A stretch of 64,000 bases of DNA from Anaeromyxobacteraceae bacterium (GTDB lineage Bacteria; Myxococcota; Myxococcia; Myxococcales; Anaeromyxobacteraceae). Location: NCBI GenBank assembly GCA_047602405.1, contig JASGHJ010000001.1, forward strand, positions 1,600,001 to 1,664,000. The letters are read 5' to 3'. Below, one piece after another: positions 21,126 to 31,315 of the stretch (its first letter is position 1; each line of letters opens with the position of its first letter). The position numbers and the translations under genes are program-made. The notes under the pieces are model-generated. The model did not search any database. It saw only the letters and a list, made by a program, of their open reading frames with translations, and was not told the DNA's origin.

Positions 21126-22295
21126 CTACCCCGGCCGCGCCGACGCCGAACCTTCCCGACCTCCCACGGCGGCCTCGAGGACGCGCTCCAGCCGCTCGGC
21201 CACGAGGGGCCAGAGGAATCGCGACGCGACGCGCTGCCGGCCACGCGAACCGAGGGTGCGCGCGCGGGCCGGCTCGGCCAGCAAGGCGGACAGGGCGTCC
21301 GCGAGCGCGGCCGGATCGCCCGGCGGGACCAGGAGCCCGCAGGCCCCGTGGCCCAGGATCTCCGGCACCGCCTCGAGCGCCGTCCCCACGCAGGGGAGGC
21401 CGCAGGCCATGGCGTCCAGGAAGGCGAGGCCGAACGGCTCCTGCAGGGTGGGCAGCGCGAAGACGGTCGTCCGGGCGAACAGGGCGGGGAGCCCCTCGTA
21501 CGGGACGGGCCCGAGCAGGGTCGCTCCCGCGGGGAGGGGGTCGGGCAAGGACGGCGGGCCCGCGATGAGGAGCCGGGCGCCGGGGAGGCGGTGCCGGACA
21601 CGCGCGAAGGCCTCGAGGAGGACCCGCCCGCCCTTGCGGGCGAACTCGCGCCCGACGAAGGCGATGGTGCGGCCGTCGTCGTCGCGCGGCGCCGTGGCCG
21701 GGAAGACGTTCGCGCCGGCGCCCACCACGTGGACGCGCTCCGGGTCGACGCCGTAGTCGTCGACGAGCGAGCGCGCGGCGTTCTCGCTGAAGGTCGCGAG
21801 CGCCCGGGCGCCGCGGTAGGTGCGGGCCTCGCGCTCGCGCCAGCCGGGGCCGTAGTCGACCGGCGGGAGGAGCCCCGCCTCGGGGAACGGCCGCGCCCGC
21901 ATCGCGAGCGCGCGGGTGTGGTCGAGGAGGAGGGCGTACGGCAGCCGCGGCGGCAGCCCCGGCGCGAAGAGCGCCCCGTTCTGGAGCACGACCTCCGGCG
22001 CGGACGCGAGCGCGTCGAGCGCGGCGCCGGCCTCGCGGGAGTGCAGGTCGAACGCGAAGGGGGTGTTGAACCGGTGCGCGAGCGCGCGCCCGCCGAAGCG
22101 CGCGGCCGAGATGGCGAGGTGGGCGAGCACCGCCGGCGTCGGCCGCGGCCAGCGGGTGCGCCGGTCGCGCAGGTCGAGCGTGCCGAACACCTCGACCGGC
22201 GTGACGCGGTGGCCGCGCAGCTCGAGCGTGCGCGCCACCTGGGTGGTCACGCCGCTCTGCTCGCCGTAGTTCGCGTAGGCGATGGAGAGCCCCAT
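21126..22295 (-). CDS. Glycosyltransferase family 4
   Basis: FVGREFARKG and EPFGLAFLDAMACGLPCVGT. Confidence 0.88.
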   Translation of the reverse strand: MGLSIAYANYGEQSGVTTQVARTLELRGHRVTPVEVFGTLDLRDRRTRWPRPTPAVLAHLAISAARFGGRALAHRFNTPFAFDLHSREAGAALDALASAPEVVLQNGALFAPGLPPRLPYALLLDHTRALAMRARPFPEAGLLPPVDYGPGWREREARTYRGARALATFSENAARSLVDDYGVDPERVHVVGAGANVFPATAPRDDDGRTIAFVGREFARKGGRVLLEAFARVRHRLPGARLLIAGPPSLPDPLPAGATLLGPVPYEGLPALFARTTVFALPTLQEPFGLAFLDAMACGLPCVGTALEAVPEILGHGACGLLVPPGDPAALADALSALLAEPARARTLGSRGRQRVASRFLWPLVAERLERVLEAAVGGREGSASARPG

Positions 22296-22363
22296 CGCCT
22301 GGAAGGTGCGGACGCCGGCGGGCCCACGGAGGCACCCGCCTGGCCCGCTCCGGGACGGGCGGT

Positions 22364-22745
22364 TCAGCCCTTCTCGGGCACCGAGGCCGGCCGCTCACCG
22401 TGCCGCGCGGTCACGACCGTCCGGATGCCGCCGCGGACCGCGAAGTCGCCGACGACCTCGATCCAGCGCGGCTGGATGGCCGCCACGATGTCGTCGCAGA
22501 TTCTTGTTCGTGACGGCCTCGTGGAACGCGCCCTCGTCCCGGTACGACCAGAGGTAGAGCTTGAGGCTCTTCAGCTCGACGCAGCGCTCGGCCGGGACGT
22601 ACCGGAGCCGGATGATCGCGAAGTCCGGCTGCCCGGTCATCGGGCAGACGCACGTGAACTCCGGACAGTCCATGGCGATCTCGAACGGACGATCGGGCTT
22701 CGGGTTCGGGAAGGTCTGCAGGTCTCGGGAAGGCTTCGAGGGCAT
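22364..22745 (-). pseudogene. queF: PreQ0 reductase (7-cyano-7-deazaguanine reductase), frameshifted at about 22501 (probable sequencing error)
   Basis: [25 protein letters not shown] and FHEAVTNK, continuing in another frame as ICDDIV...[11 protein letters not shown]. Confidence 0.85.
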
Positions 22746-22875
22746 GGTCGTTTGTCGCGGGAGGAGGAATCCGAACGGGTGAGGGGCCTCGAGTTTTCGA
22801 GATCGGGGATGGAAATCCTACTCCCCGGAACCCCGGTCCTGCCGCCAAGCCCCTGTAACCTCGTCCATCGCCGGG

Positions 22876-22891
22876 AGGCAAGCCGTTTGCT
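22876..22891 (+). promoter_or_regulatory. Sigma-54 (-24/-12) promoter
   Basis: AGGCAAGCCGTTTGCT has exact GG-N10-GC spacing and TTGC, upstream of the small ORF. Confidence 0.6.
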
Positions 22892-22936
22892 AATCCGAAC
22901 CACGAGCGGCGCGTTCGCCTTCCTCAAGGAGGCAGC

Positions 22937-23131
22937 ATGAAGCGGTTCGGACGTCGTACCCGCAGCACCAGCACCCCCCGCCGGCTCGTCACGACGCTCG
23001 GCGACCTCATCTCGGCCGCCTACGACGCGGTGCCCGGCCTCGGCCGCGACCGGGTCGAGCGCGCCCTGAAGCTGTTGACCCGCTCGCCGCTCGCGCGGCA
23101 GCTCAACCCTCACGTGGAGTTCGTTCGCTAG
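22937..23131 (+). CDS. Small basic hypothetical protein (64 aa)
   Basis: Strong RBS AAGGAGG; TTLGDLISAAYDAV core; own promoter and terminator. Confidence 0.75.
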   Translation: MKRFGRRTRSTSTPRRLVTTLGDLISAAYDAVPGLGRDRVERALKLLTRSPLARQLNPHVEFVR

Positions 23132-23205
23132 GACGCGCTTCTCCCCTGCTGGAGGCGTCGTCCCCTCGACGTCTCCGCGTCACTACGCAGGACGAGCTCC
23201 ACATT

Positions 23206-23246
23206 CATCGGGCCTGGCGACCGCCGCCAGGCCCGATGTCTTTGTT
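23206..23246 (+). terminator. Intrinsic terminator
   Basis: Perfect 14-bp stem catcgggcctggcg/cgccaggcccgatg followed by tctttgtt. Confidence 0.7.
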
Positions 23247-23264
23247 GCACGGGGGGCCGTAGGC

Positions 23265-23307
23265 CCCCCGCCCCGTCGAGCGGAGCTCGCCGGGGCCCCA
23301 CCCCTGG
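23265..23307. repeat. Second short palindromic repeat copy
   Basis: Matches 9043-9084. Confidence 0.65.
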
Positions 23308-23431
23308 ATCAGCTCCGCGCTCCCGCGCCTTTGGCGCGGGGGCGCTTCGCTGGCGGGATCCTGGGGGCGGTCTGATGGGGTTCTGGGGGCGGGGTGCTGG
23401 CGGCGGGGTTCCGGGGGTGGGGTGGTTCCCC

Positions 23432-25057
23432 TCACTCTCCGCTCATCCTGAGCGTAGGCCCGCGGACGCGAAGCGTCCCGCGGGCCGGAGTCGAAGGACG
23501 GTCGTTCGCGACCACCGGGCGAGGCCAGGCGGGCTGGGGGGTGCCCTGGGCGCGCGGGAGGTAGAGCACGTAGCGGCCGATGCGGCGCACGGGCTCGTAG
23601 GCGCCGCGGATGGCGGCCGCGACGCCCTCGCCGAGGTGGACCTTCGAGTACCAGCGGGCGAACTCGGGGTCGTCGAGGTCCCAGTAGAGCACCACCGCAG
23701 CGAAGCTCCGCGATCGCAGGCGCTGCTCGAGCGGCTGCGCCACGCCGGCATCCCTCGCGGCCGCCAGGCGGAGCATGAACGGGTCGAGGAGGTACGGGCG
23801 CTCGCCGCGCAGGAGCGGGAGGAGCGGATCCTCCGAGAGGATCGAGCCCGGCGGCAGCCAGGCCGAGACCGCGCGGAGGTCGCGGAGCCGGGTGGAGTCC
23901 CGGTGGTCCACCGCGCCGAGGTGGAGGGCCGCCGCGAGCCCGGCGACGGCGGCGAGCGGCGCGAGCGCGCGCGCCACCCACCGGGCGCGGCGCCCGGCCT
24001 CCCAGGCGCCCGCGAACGCGGCGGCGGACGCGGCCTCGGCCTCGATGAGGTGGTTCGAGGTGGTGCCGGGCGACGAGAAGACGACGACGGCGCCCGCGAG
24101 CGCGGCGAGCAGCCAGAGCGCGGGCAGGGCGGCGGGGGCGAGCGGGCCGGTCCGCGCCGCGCGGAGGTGGCCCGGGGCCGCCGCCAGCGCCGCGGCGAGC
24201 CCGGCGCAGAGGAGCACGATCCCGGCGCGGTCCTCGTGCACGAGCTCGCCGACGAGCCGCGCGGGGCCGCGGAGGAGGTCGGCGGGGCCCGCGCCGCCCG
24301 CGGCGCAGGCGGCGAGGAGCGCGAGGAAGCGGCCGTCGGAGAGGGCGTCGGCGGCGCCCACGACCGCGGCGGCGAGCGCGGCGACCCCGGTCGCGAGCGC
24401 CACCGCGGCCCGGCGATCGCCGCGCAGGAGGAGCCACGCCGCGCCCGCCGCGGGCGCGGTCAGCGCGGTGGGCTTCGCCGCGAAGGCGAGGCCGAAGGCG
24501 AGCACGGCGAGGACGAGCCGGGTCCGCACCCGGTCCGGGATCCCGGCGAGCAGCGCGAGGCCGAGCGCCGAGAGCCCGACGGGCAGGAGATCCCCCCGCG
24601 CGGAGGTGAGCGCCTCCTGCGGCGCCAGCGCCGCGAAGGCGAGCACCGCGAGCGCGGCCGCGATCGGGGGCCCGCGCCCGCAGCCGCGTGCGAGCGCGTA
24701 CACGCCCGCGAGCACCGAGAGCCCCGAGGCGAGCGAGAGCAGGTAGCCCGCGGCGAGGAGGTCGGCGCCCGCGGTCCGGAGCGCCGCGTGCAGCGAGAAG
24801 AGGAGCGGGAAGAACCGGGTGCCGCCGGTGCCGAGCGCGGGGTCGACGAGCGGGCGGTAGAAGGTGCCGTGCGCGAGGTCCTCGGCGAGCGCCAGCCAGG
24901 CGCCCGAGACGTGGTTGAGCGCGTCGCCGCTCGACCACGCGGCCGGGAGCCGGAGCGCGGTCGCGAGCGCGAGCGCGGAGGCGGTGGTCACGAGGGCGGC
25001 CACGCCGAGCGTCGCCGGGCGCCGGGCCGGCGCGGGGACCGGGGCGGGGACGATCAC
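23432..25057 (-). CDS. Polytopic membrane protein, GT-C/ArnT-like glycosyltransferase candidate
   Basis: Many TM helices, FYRPL...GGTRFFPL, ARGDLL and AFAAKPT; GTG start overlaps the flippase stop. Confidence 0.65.
   Translation of the reverse strand: MIVPAPVPAPARRPATLGVAALVTTASALALATALRLPAAWSSGDALNHVSGAWLALAEDLAHGTFYRPLVDPALGTGGTRFFPLLFSLHAALRTAGADLLAAGYLLSLASGLSVLAGVYALARGCGRGPPIAAALAVLAFAALAPQEALTSARGDLLPVGLSALGLALLAGIPDRVRTRLVLAVLAFGLAFAAKPTALTAPAAGAAWLLLRGDRRAAVALATGVAALAAAVVGAADALSDGRFLALLAACAAGGAGPADLLRGPARLVGELVHEDRAGIVLLCAGLAAALAAAPGHLRAARTGPLAPAALPALWLLAALAGAVVVFSSPGTTSNHLIEAEAASAAAFAGAWEAGRRARWVARALAPLAAVAGLAAALHLGAVDHRDSTRLRDLRAVSAWLPPGSILSEDPLLPLLRGERPYLLDPFMLRLAAARDAGVAQPLEQRLRSRSFAAVVLYWDLDDPEFARWYSKVHLGEGVAAAIRGAYEPVRRIGRYVLYLPRAQGTPQPAWPRPVVANDRPSTPARGTLRVRGPTLRMSGE
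23439..23501 (-). repeat. REP-like repeat copy lying in frame in the last codons of the 23432-25057 CDS
   Basis: ccgctcatcctgagcgtaggcccgcgg...ccgcgggccggagtcgaaggacgg; encodes RPSTPARGTLRVRGPTLRMSG. Confidence 0.8.
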
Positions 25058-26535
25058 TCGGAGGCCCCCGGGGCCGCTCGCGCGGTCGCCGCGGGTCGAC
25101 GGAAGAGGTCGAGCCACGCCGCCGGGAGCCCGCCCGAGGCGAGCGTCGCGGCGAGGTAGGCGACCGCGAAGGCCGAGCCGGCCGCGAGGAGGCGGACGAG
25201 CGGCGCGCCGGCCACCACGGCGAGCGCCCCCGCGGCGGCGCCGGCGGCGAGCCCGGAGGCGGCGAGCTGCCGGGCGAGCGCCCGCCACGGCAGGATCTCC
25301 CGCGCCCCGACCTCGAAGCTCTCGGCGGCGCGCCCGAGCATCGCCGCGCGCGCGCCGGCCTCCGCGAGCACGTGGCCAGAGATGGCGCCGATGGGCCCGA
25401 AGGTCCACAGGCCCGAGAAGACCAGGAGGGCGGTGCCGGCGAGCTTCACCGCCGAGAGCCCGAGCATGTAGCGGTTCTCGGCGCGCGCGCGGAGGACCCC
25501 GTCGAGCGGCAGCGCGGCGAGGACCACCGCGAGCGTGCCGATCCGGAAGAGCGGCACCGCGTCGAGGTAGCGCGCCGAGAAGAGGAGCTCGACGAGCGGG
25601 CGCGCCACGACCACGAGGAGCGCCGTGAGCGGCACGAACGCGAACGCGAGCTGCCCCACCGCCTCGTGGAAGAGCGGCAGCGCGGCGCGCGGCGGCCGGC
25701 CGGCGCCGTCGGAGTCGGCGATGCCGATCTGGAGGAGCTCGGCGACGGGCGTGTGGAGGATGTCGACGATGGGGAGCTGGAACATCCCGACGGCGTAGAC
25801 GGCGAAGGTCGCGGCGGGCACGATCGCGGCGACGGCGTACTGGTGGAGCTGCTGCTGCGGCACGAGGAGGAGGAAGGCCGCGCCGAACGGCAGCGCGTAC
25901 GCGGCCTGGCGCCGGGCCGTGGCCCGGTCGAAGACGAGCCCGTGCTCCCAGGCGAGGCACGCGACGCTGGCGAGCGCCCGCGCCGCGTGGACCCACAGGA
26001 TGCCGGTGAGCACGCCCTCCGCGTAGCGCCCGAGGAGGAGCGCGCCCGCGAGCATGCCGCCGCCGCGCGCGACCTCGGTGCCCACGCGGGCGAGCGCCGC
26101 CCGCCCCACGAGGCCGCGGGCGTTCCAGGCGACGTCGAGCGGCGCCCCCGCGATCTGCAGGCCGGCGAGGCCGGCGACGAGCGGGAGGACCCGGGCGAGC
26201 TCGGGGTTCCCCGACCAGGCGTGGACGAGCGGGGCGGCGGCGAGGAGCGCGAGCGCGGCGACCGCCCCGAGCACGGCGTGGGCGAGGCTCGTCTGCGCGA
26301 CGTACCGGTCCCGGCGGAGCGGATCGCGCGGCAGGAAGTAGTACAGCGAGAGGGTCGTGCCCATCGGGAGCACGAGCGCGAGGGTCTGGGCGAGGAGCCA
26401 GGCCTGCTTGAAGGTGCCGTAGGAGGCCGGCGCGAGGACCCGGGCGAGGATCATCGGCACCGCCACCGTGAGGGCGGCGCCCGCGAGGCGCGCCACGAGG
26501 AGCGGCCGGGCACGCGACAGGAGCGATTCGGGCAC
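25054..26535 (-). CDS. Wzx-like oligosaccharide flippase (MOP superfamily)
   Basis: About 12-14 TM; ILARVLAPASYGTFKQ and FAVYAVG. Confidence 0.82.
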   Translation of the reverse strand: MPESLLSRARPLLVARLAGAALTVAVPMILARVLAPASYGTFKQAWLLAQTLALVLPMGTTLSLYYFLPRDPLRRDRYVAQTSLAHAVLGAVAALALLAAAPLVHAWSGNPELARVLPLVAGLAGLQIAGAPLDVAWNARGLVGRAALARVGTEVARGGGMLAGALLLGRYAEGVLTGILWVHAARALASVACLAWEHGLVFDRATARRQAAYALPFGAAFLLLVPQQQLHQYAVAAIVPAATFAVYAVGMFQLPIVDILHTPVAELLQIGIADSDGAGRPPRAALPLFHEAVGQLAFAFVPLTALLVVVARPLVELLFSARYLDAVPLFRIGTLAVVLAALPLDGVLRARAENRYMLGLSAVKLAGTALLVFSGLWTFGPIGAISGHVLAEAGARAAMLGRAAESFEVGAREILPWRALARQLAASGLAAGAAAGALAVVAGAPLVRLLAAGSAFAVAYLAATLASGGLPAAWLDLFRRPAATARAAPGASE

Positions 26536-26648
26536 TCGAGCGTCCTCCGCGCGTCACGATGCGCAGGGCGGGCGCCGGAGGCGGGGGTGCTGCCGGGGTG
26601 GTGCCCCGACGGGCCCCTCGGCAAGCTCGGGGCCGGCGGGGCGGGGAT

Positions 26649-26700
26649 CCGTTCATCCCGAGCGCAGGCCCGCGAAGGCGGGCCGGAGTCGAGGGACGGG
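26649..26700 (-). repeat. REP-like repeat copy
   Basis: ccgttcatcccgagcgcaggcccgcgaaggcgggccggagtcgagggacggg. Confidence 0.85.
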
Positions 26701-26712
26701 CCCCCCGGCCGA

Positions 26713-27765
26713 TCAGGGCCCCTCCGACGCCCAGCCAGGCGAGCGGCCGGTCGCCCGGCCGAGCCACTCGAGCAGCGGGACGCCACCCTCGGTGAAGTCG
26801 GCCGGGTGGCCGAGCATCGTGTGCCTCGAGCCCTCGACCCGGAAGGCGGCCGCGTTCGGCAGGGGCGCGATCACGTCCCGCACGAGCCGGTCGAGCGCGC
26901 GCTCGAAGCCGGCGGGGCCGAGGAGGGTGTAGCCGCGGATCACCTCGTCCTGGGTGGAGGAGAGGAGGGCGAGGCGGTCGGCGGGGTACCGGCGCGAGAG
27001 CGCCGGCAGGATCCCGGAGAGGTCGAGCAGGCAGCCCTCGCCGCAGATGGGCGTGACCGCCTCGTCGAGCCGCCACGCGAGGACCCACGAGGCGACGATC
27101 GCGGGCGAGAGGTCGGACCCGACGAGCGGCGGCCCGGAGTCGTCGACGAGCGTGCCGCTCGCCGAGGGCCATGCGTCGCGCACCGCGGGGTGGTTCACGA
27201 GCGCGCCGTAGCCGCCGGCCGAGGCGCCCGCGAGCACGACCCCGGCCGGCGACGAGAAGAGCGGGCGCAGCGCGGCGACCGCCCGGCGCACGTTGGCCCG
27301 ACCGCGGTGCTGCATCCGCCCCGGCGCGCCCGGGTAGTCCTGCGAGGCGTCGCCCGCGTGCACGTCGCCGGTGCAGTACGGCACGAACACGAGCGTGAAC
27401 CGCGCGAAGGGGTTGCCGGGGAGGTCGCGATCGAGGATCGAGCCCGGCACGTCCCGCAGGCGCGCGTCGGCCTGGGCGGCGCCGAACGGGCCGCGCGAGA
27501 CGAGCGCCGGGAGCGTCGCGCCGGCGCCGAAGCAGGTGAGCGCGTCCCAGCAGGCGCCGCCGCCGTCGAGGAAGACGAGGAGCCCGTCGCCCTCGCCGCG
27601 GCTGACCGCGACGCCGGTGGGCGAGCCGTCGCCGCACACGCTCCCCTCGACGGGGAGCCAGGTGAAGCGGTGGAGCGGGAACCGCTCCGCGCCGCCGGCC
27701 GGACCGCAGCCGGAGGCGAGGAGCAGGCCCGGGAGGAGGAGCGAGGCGAGGGGGGCGGGGCGCAC
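26713..27765 (-). CDS. Pectinacetylesterase-family hydrolase lipoprotein
   Basis: Lipobox LASGC; CGDGSPTG, FLDGGGACWD, VPYCTGDVHAG and GASAGGYG. Confidence 0.85.
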   Translation of the reverse strand: MRPAPLASLLLPGLLLASGCGPAGGAERFPLHRFTWLPVEGSVCGDGSPTGVAVSRGEGDGLLVFLDGGGACWDALTCFGAGATLPALVSRGPFGAAQADARLRDVPGSILDRDLPGNPFARFTLVFVPYCTGDVHAGDASQDYPGAPGRMQHRGRANVRRAVAALRPLFSSPAGVVLAGASAGGYGALVNHPAVRDAWPSASGTLVDDSGPPLVGSDLSPAIVASWVLAWRLDEAVTPICGEGCLLDLSGILPALSRRYPADRLALLSSTQDEVIRGYTLLGPAGFERALDRLVRDVIAPLPNAAAFRVEGSRHTMLGHPADFTEGGVPLLEWLGRATGRSPGWASEGP

Positions 27766-27767
27766 CC

Positions 27768-28751
27768 TCAGAAGGTGAGGACGATCTTCCCGAAGCTGGA
27801 GTTCTTCTCCATGCGCTCGTGTGCCTCGCGGGCGCGCTCGGCGGGGAGGACGAGATCCACGACCGGCTTCACCTTGCCCGCCGCGACGAGCGGCAGGGCG
27901 TCGCGCGCGAAGGCCTGCGACGCGGCGATCTTCTCCTCGAGCGGCCGGGGGCGGAGCACGGTGCCGACGACGGCACCGCGGGCCCGCATGAGCAGCGGGA
28001 GGTCGAGCGGGCCCTCGCGGCCGCCCATCGTGCCGATGACCACGATGCGGCCGCCGGGCGCGAGCGCCGCGAGGTCGTCGGTGAGGTACGCGCCGCCGAC
28101 GAGCTCGAGGACGACCGCCACGCCGCGGCCGCCGGTGGCCGCGCGGACCTCGCCCGCGAAGCGGGCCGGGTTGCCGACCACGATGCCGTGGTCGAGGCCG
28201 AGCGCCTTCGCGCGCTCGAGCTTGTCGGGCGTGCGGGAGGTGCCGATGACGGTCGCCCCCGCGGCGCGCGCGAGCTGGATGGCCATCGTGGCGACGCCGG
28301 AGCCCGCCGCGTGCACGAGCACGGTCGCGCCGGGCCGCAGGCCCCCCAGCGTGAAGAGCGCGTCGTGGGAGGTCACGCCCGCCTCGGGCAGCGCCGCGGC
28401 CTCCTCGAAGGAGAGGTTCGGCGGGACGCGCAGCAGCGTGCGCTCGTGCGCGACGGCGAGCTCGGCCTGGGCCTCGCCCGACGCGATGGCCATGACGCGG
28501 TCGCCGACCTTCCAGGCCTCCACGCCCGCGCCGCACCAGACGACCTCGCCGGCGAGCTCCAGGCCGGGCACGTCCTCCCGGTAGCCGGCGGGCGGCGGGT
28601 AGAGGCCGCGCCGCTGCAGGAGGTCGGCGCGGTTGAGGGCCGCGGCCTTCACCTGCACCAGCACCTCGCCGCGCCCGGGCTCCGGGTCCGGGAGCTCGGC
28701 GAGCTCCACCACCTCGGGACCACCCTTCCCGTTGAACCTGACGGCCTTCAT
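27768..28751 (-). CDS. NAD(P)H:quinone oxidoreductase (PIG3/Qor, MDR family)
   Basis: ALNRADLLQRRGLYPPP, PGLELAG, VLVHAAGSGVA and GKIVL. Confidence 0.88.
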   Translation of the reverse strand: MKAVRFNGKGGPEVVELAELPDPEPGRGEVLVQVKAAALNRADLLQRRGLYPPPAGYREDVPGLELAGEVVWCGAGVEAWKVGDRVMAIASGEAQAELAVAHERTLLRVPPNLSFEEAAALPEAGVTSHDALFTLGGLRPGATVLVHAAGSGVATMAIQLARAAGATVIGTSRTPDKLERAKALGLDHGIVVGNPARFAGEVRAATGGRGVAVVLELVGGAYLTDDLAALAPGGRIVVIGTMGGREGPLDLPLLMRARGAVVGTVLRPRPLEEKIAASQAFARDALPLVAAGKVKPVVDLVLPAERAREAHERMEKNSSFGKIVLTF

Positions 28752-28861
28752 CCGCTCGCCTCCTCGCTCCCGCCGGATGGTGTCATCCATCCGCGCACAC
28801 GTCCACCCGGGGACCACCTCGCGCCCTTCACTCCGAGTCCGCGCGATGCTAAACACCGGAC

Positions 28862-30241
28862 GTGCCCGCGCCCGGCCTCCTGCTCGTCCCCCTCGCCTGG
28901 GTCCTCTCCGCCGCCCCGGCGCCCGGGCAGGCGTCGCGGTGCGAGCGCGGCGCCGCGGACGGGTGCCGCGAGGCCGGCCGGGAGCTGCTCTCCTCCACCG
29001 ACCCCCGGGCCGCCCGCCTCGGGACGTCCTACGTCGTCCTCGCCTGCGAGATGGGTGACGCCCCCGCGTGCGCCCACCTCGGCGCGCTGCACGCGCTCGG
29101 ACGCGGGGTCTCCTTCGACGCGGTCCGCGCGACCGCGCTCTCGCGCCGGGCGTGCGAGGCGGGCGTCGCGTTCGCCTGCGCGAACTGGGCGGCGCTCGTG
29201 GCGGAGGACGCCGGCGGTCCGGCCCGCCTCGCCGGGGCGCAGGCCGTGGACGTGGTGCGCAAGCTCCGGGCGGCGTGCGAGGCGGGCGCGCCGGAGGGGT
29301 GCCTCGACCTCGCGGTCGCGCTCGAGGCGGGCGCGGCCGGGAAGCCCGACCAGGACGGCGCCTCGGTGGCGCTCGTGCGGGCGTGCGACGCCGGGCTCGC
29401 CGTCGCCTGCCACCGGCTCGCGCTCGTCTGGTCCGACGAGGACACCGCGCGCCCGCTGCGGGCCCGCGCCTGCCGCGCGGCGATCGCGCCGGCGTGCGCG
29501 GTGGCCGGACTGCCGGTGCCGCCGGCCGGGCCGTCCACGCCGTCGCCGCGCCTCGCCGAGGACCCCGGCAGCCTCGCGCTCGCGGTGCCGGGCACGGGCG
29601 GGGTGCACCCGGCCGACCTCGCCGACCGCGCGGTGGGGACGGTCGTCTCCGGTGCGCAGGCGGAGGGAGACGCCGCGGTCGCCCTGCTCCTCCCGGCCCG
29701 CCGGCTCGAGCTCGCGCCCTGCCTCGACACGCCCCGCGCCGCCCCGGCACGGCCGGTCCGGCTGGAGCTCGCGTTCGTGGTGGAGGCCGACGGCCGCGCG
29801 GGCGAGGTGCGGGCCTCGACCGACCCGCCGGAGCCCGCGCTCGAGGCGTGCGCCTCGGAGGTCGCGCTCGACTGGAGCTTCCCCTCGGGGCCCGCGCGGG
29901 CCGGGCCGTTCGCCGTGCGGCTCGACCTCGACCCGTTCCCGGGCGGCGTGGCGCCCGTCTACCCGGGGCAGAGCGGCGCGAGGCCGGCCCCGCGCGAGCC
30001 GGGCTGCGTCGCCACGGCGCTGCGCGCGCCCCCCGACACGGTGGCGCGCGCGCTCACGTTCAAGCTCGCCGTCGACCCCGAGGGCCGGGCCACGCTCGTC
30101 GCGCCGCTCACGACCGCGCCGGAGCCGCTCCTCGAGGCCGCGTCGCGGGCCATCCGCTCGTGCCGCTTCACCCCCGGTTCGGTCGCCGGGCGGCCCGCGC
30201 CGGTCTGGACGACGATGACGCTGAGGGTCGGGGGCGGCTGA
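28862..30241 (+). CDS. Secreted protein with Cys-rich Sel1-like repeats and TonB-C-like C-terminal domains
   Basis: Signal peptide; repeated ACExG..AC units; C-terminal CRFTPG...APVWTTMTL. Confidence 0.65.
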   Translation: MPAPGLLLVPLAWVLSAAPAPGQASRCERGAADGCREAGRELLSSTDPRAARLGTSYVVLACEMGDAPACAHLGALHALGRGVSFDAVRATALSRRACEAGVAFACANWAALVAEDAGGPARLAGAQAVDVVRKLRAACEAGAPEGCLDLAVALEAGAAGKPDQDGASVALVRACDAGLAVACHRLALVWSDEDTARPLRARACRAAIAPACAVAGLPVPPAGPSTPSPRLAEDPGSLALAVPGTGGVHPADLADRAVGTVVSGAQAEGDAAVALLLPARRLELAPCLDTPRAAPARPVRLELAFVVEADGRAGEVRASTDPPEPALEACASEVALDWSFPSGPARAGPFAVRLDLDPFPGGVAPVYPGQSGARPAPREPGCVATALRAPPDTVARALTFKLAVDPEGRATLVAPLTTAPEPLLEAASRAIRSCRFTPGSVAGRPAPVWTTMTLRVGGG

Positions 30242-30330
30242 GCGTCGACCCGGGGCCCGGGTCAGCCGAAAACTGGCCGCGAGACCCGTGGCGCGGTAGC
30301 GATCGGAATCGCTATCGTTCGGCTCGACCG

Positions 30331-31251
30331 GTGACCGCCACGGACCCCATCAACCTCGAGGAGGTCGTGCGCGCGGGCCGCGTGCTCTTCGGGCCCGGCT
30401 TCGCCGCCGACCAGGCGTGGTGGCGCGACGCCCTCCGCTCGACCTACCGGCGCCGCTCGTTCGAGACCCACCCCGACCGCGCCCGCAGCCTCGGCCGCTC
30501 CGAGACCGACCTCGCGCGCGAGTTCCAGTCGGTCACCGAGGCCTACCGGATCCTCTCGCAGATGCGCGCCGGCCCGCTGCAGGCGCCGAGCACCGTCGCG
30601 GATCCCCCGCGCGGCCGGCCGAAGGAGCCGCCGCGCGCGCAGCGGGCCGCGCACCGCGCCGCCTCGAGCGCCGGGTCCGCCGGCCCGCGGCCGACGCCCC
30701 GGCCGCGCCCGCCGCCGCCTCCGCCGCGCCAGGCACCGCCCCGCGCGCCCGACGCGCCGCCGCCCTCGCAGCGCTCCGCCTCCGCGCGCGCCGGCGCCCG
30801 CGCCTGGGCGCCCGGGTCGTTCGGCGCGCCGCGCGTGCGCCACTCGGTCCGCCCCGAGGACCTCCCGCGCCGCCGCCTGCGCTTCGCGGAGTTCCTCTAC
30901 TACTCGGGGCGCGTGCCGTGGACGGTGTTCGTCGACGCGCTCGTCTGGCAGCGCGCGCAGCGCCCGGCGCTCGGCCGCATCGCCGTCGAGTTCGGCTTCC
31001 TCACGCCCGAGGAGGTCATGGCCATCCTCGAGCGCCGCCGCCTCGCGGCCGCGCAGCAGACGCTGTTCGGCGAGTACGCCCTCGCGCTCGGGTACGTGAC
31101 CCCGTTCCAGCTCCTCGTGATGCTCGGCCAGCAGCTCAGGCTGCAGCGCCGCATCGGCGAGTTCTTCGTGGAGCGCGGGCACATCGAGGAGGGCGACGTG
31201 GACGAGCTCCGCGCCCGCCTCATGAAGCACAACCTCCGCTTCGCGCACTGA
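30331..31251 (+). CDS. J-domain (DnaJ-like) protein
   Basis: YRRRSFETHPDR...FQSVTEAYRIL; Pro-rich linker; C-terminal repeated FGE/LG units. Confidence 0.8.
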   Translation: MTATDPINLEEVVRAGRVLFGPGFAADQAWWRDALRSTYRRRSFETHPDRARSLGRSETDLAREFQSVTEAYRILSQMRAGPLQAPSTVADPPRGRPKEPPRAQRAAHRAASSAGSAGPRPTPRPRPPPPPPRQAPPRAPDAPPPSQRSASARAGARAWAPGSFGAPRVRHSVRPEDLPRRRLRFAEFLYYSGRVPWTVFVDALVWQRAQRPALGRIAVEFGFLTPEEVMAILERRRLAAAQQTLFGEYALALGYVTPFQLLVMLGQQLRLQRRIGEFFVERGHIEEGDVDELRARLMKHNLRFAH

Positions 31252-31264
31252 GTTGCACGGGGTG

Positions 31265-31315
31265 CCGTCCCTCGACTCCGGCCCGCTGCGCGGGCCTACG
31301 CTCGGGATGAGCGGG
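31265..31315 (+). repeat. REP-like repeat copy
   Basis: ccgtccctcgactccggcccgctgcgcgggcctacgctcgggatgagcggg. Confidence 0.85.

Noticed and set aside
22746..22870. preQ1 riboswitch upstream of queF
   Set aside because: No recognisable preQ1 stem-loop or A-rich tail on the minus strand.
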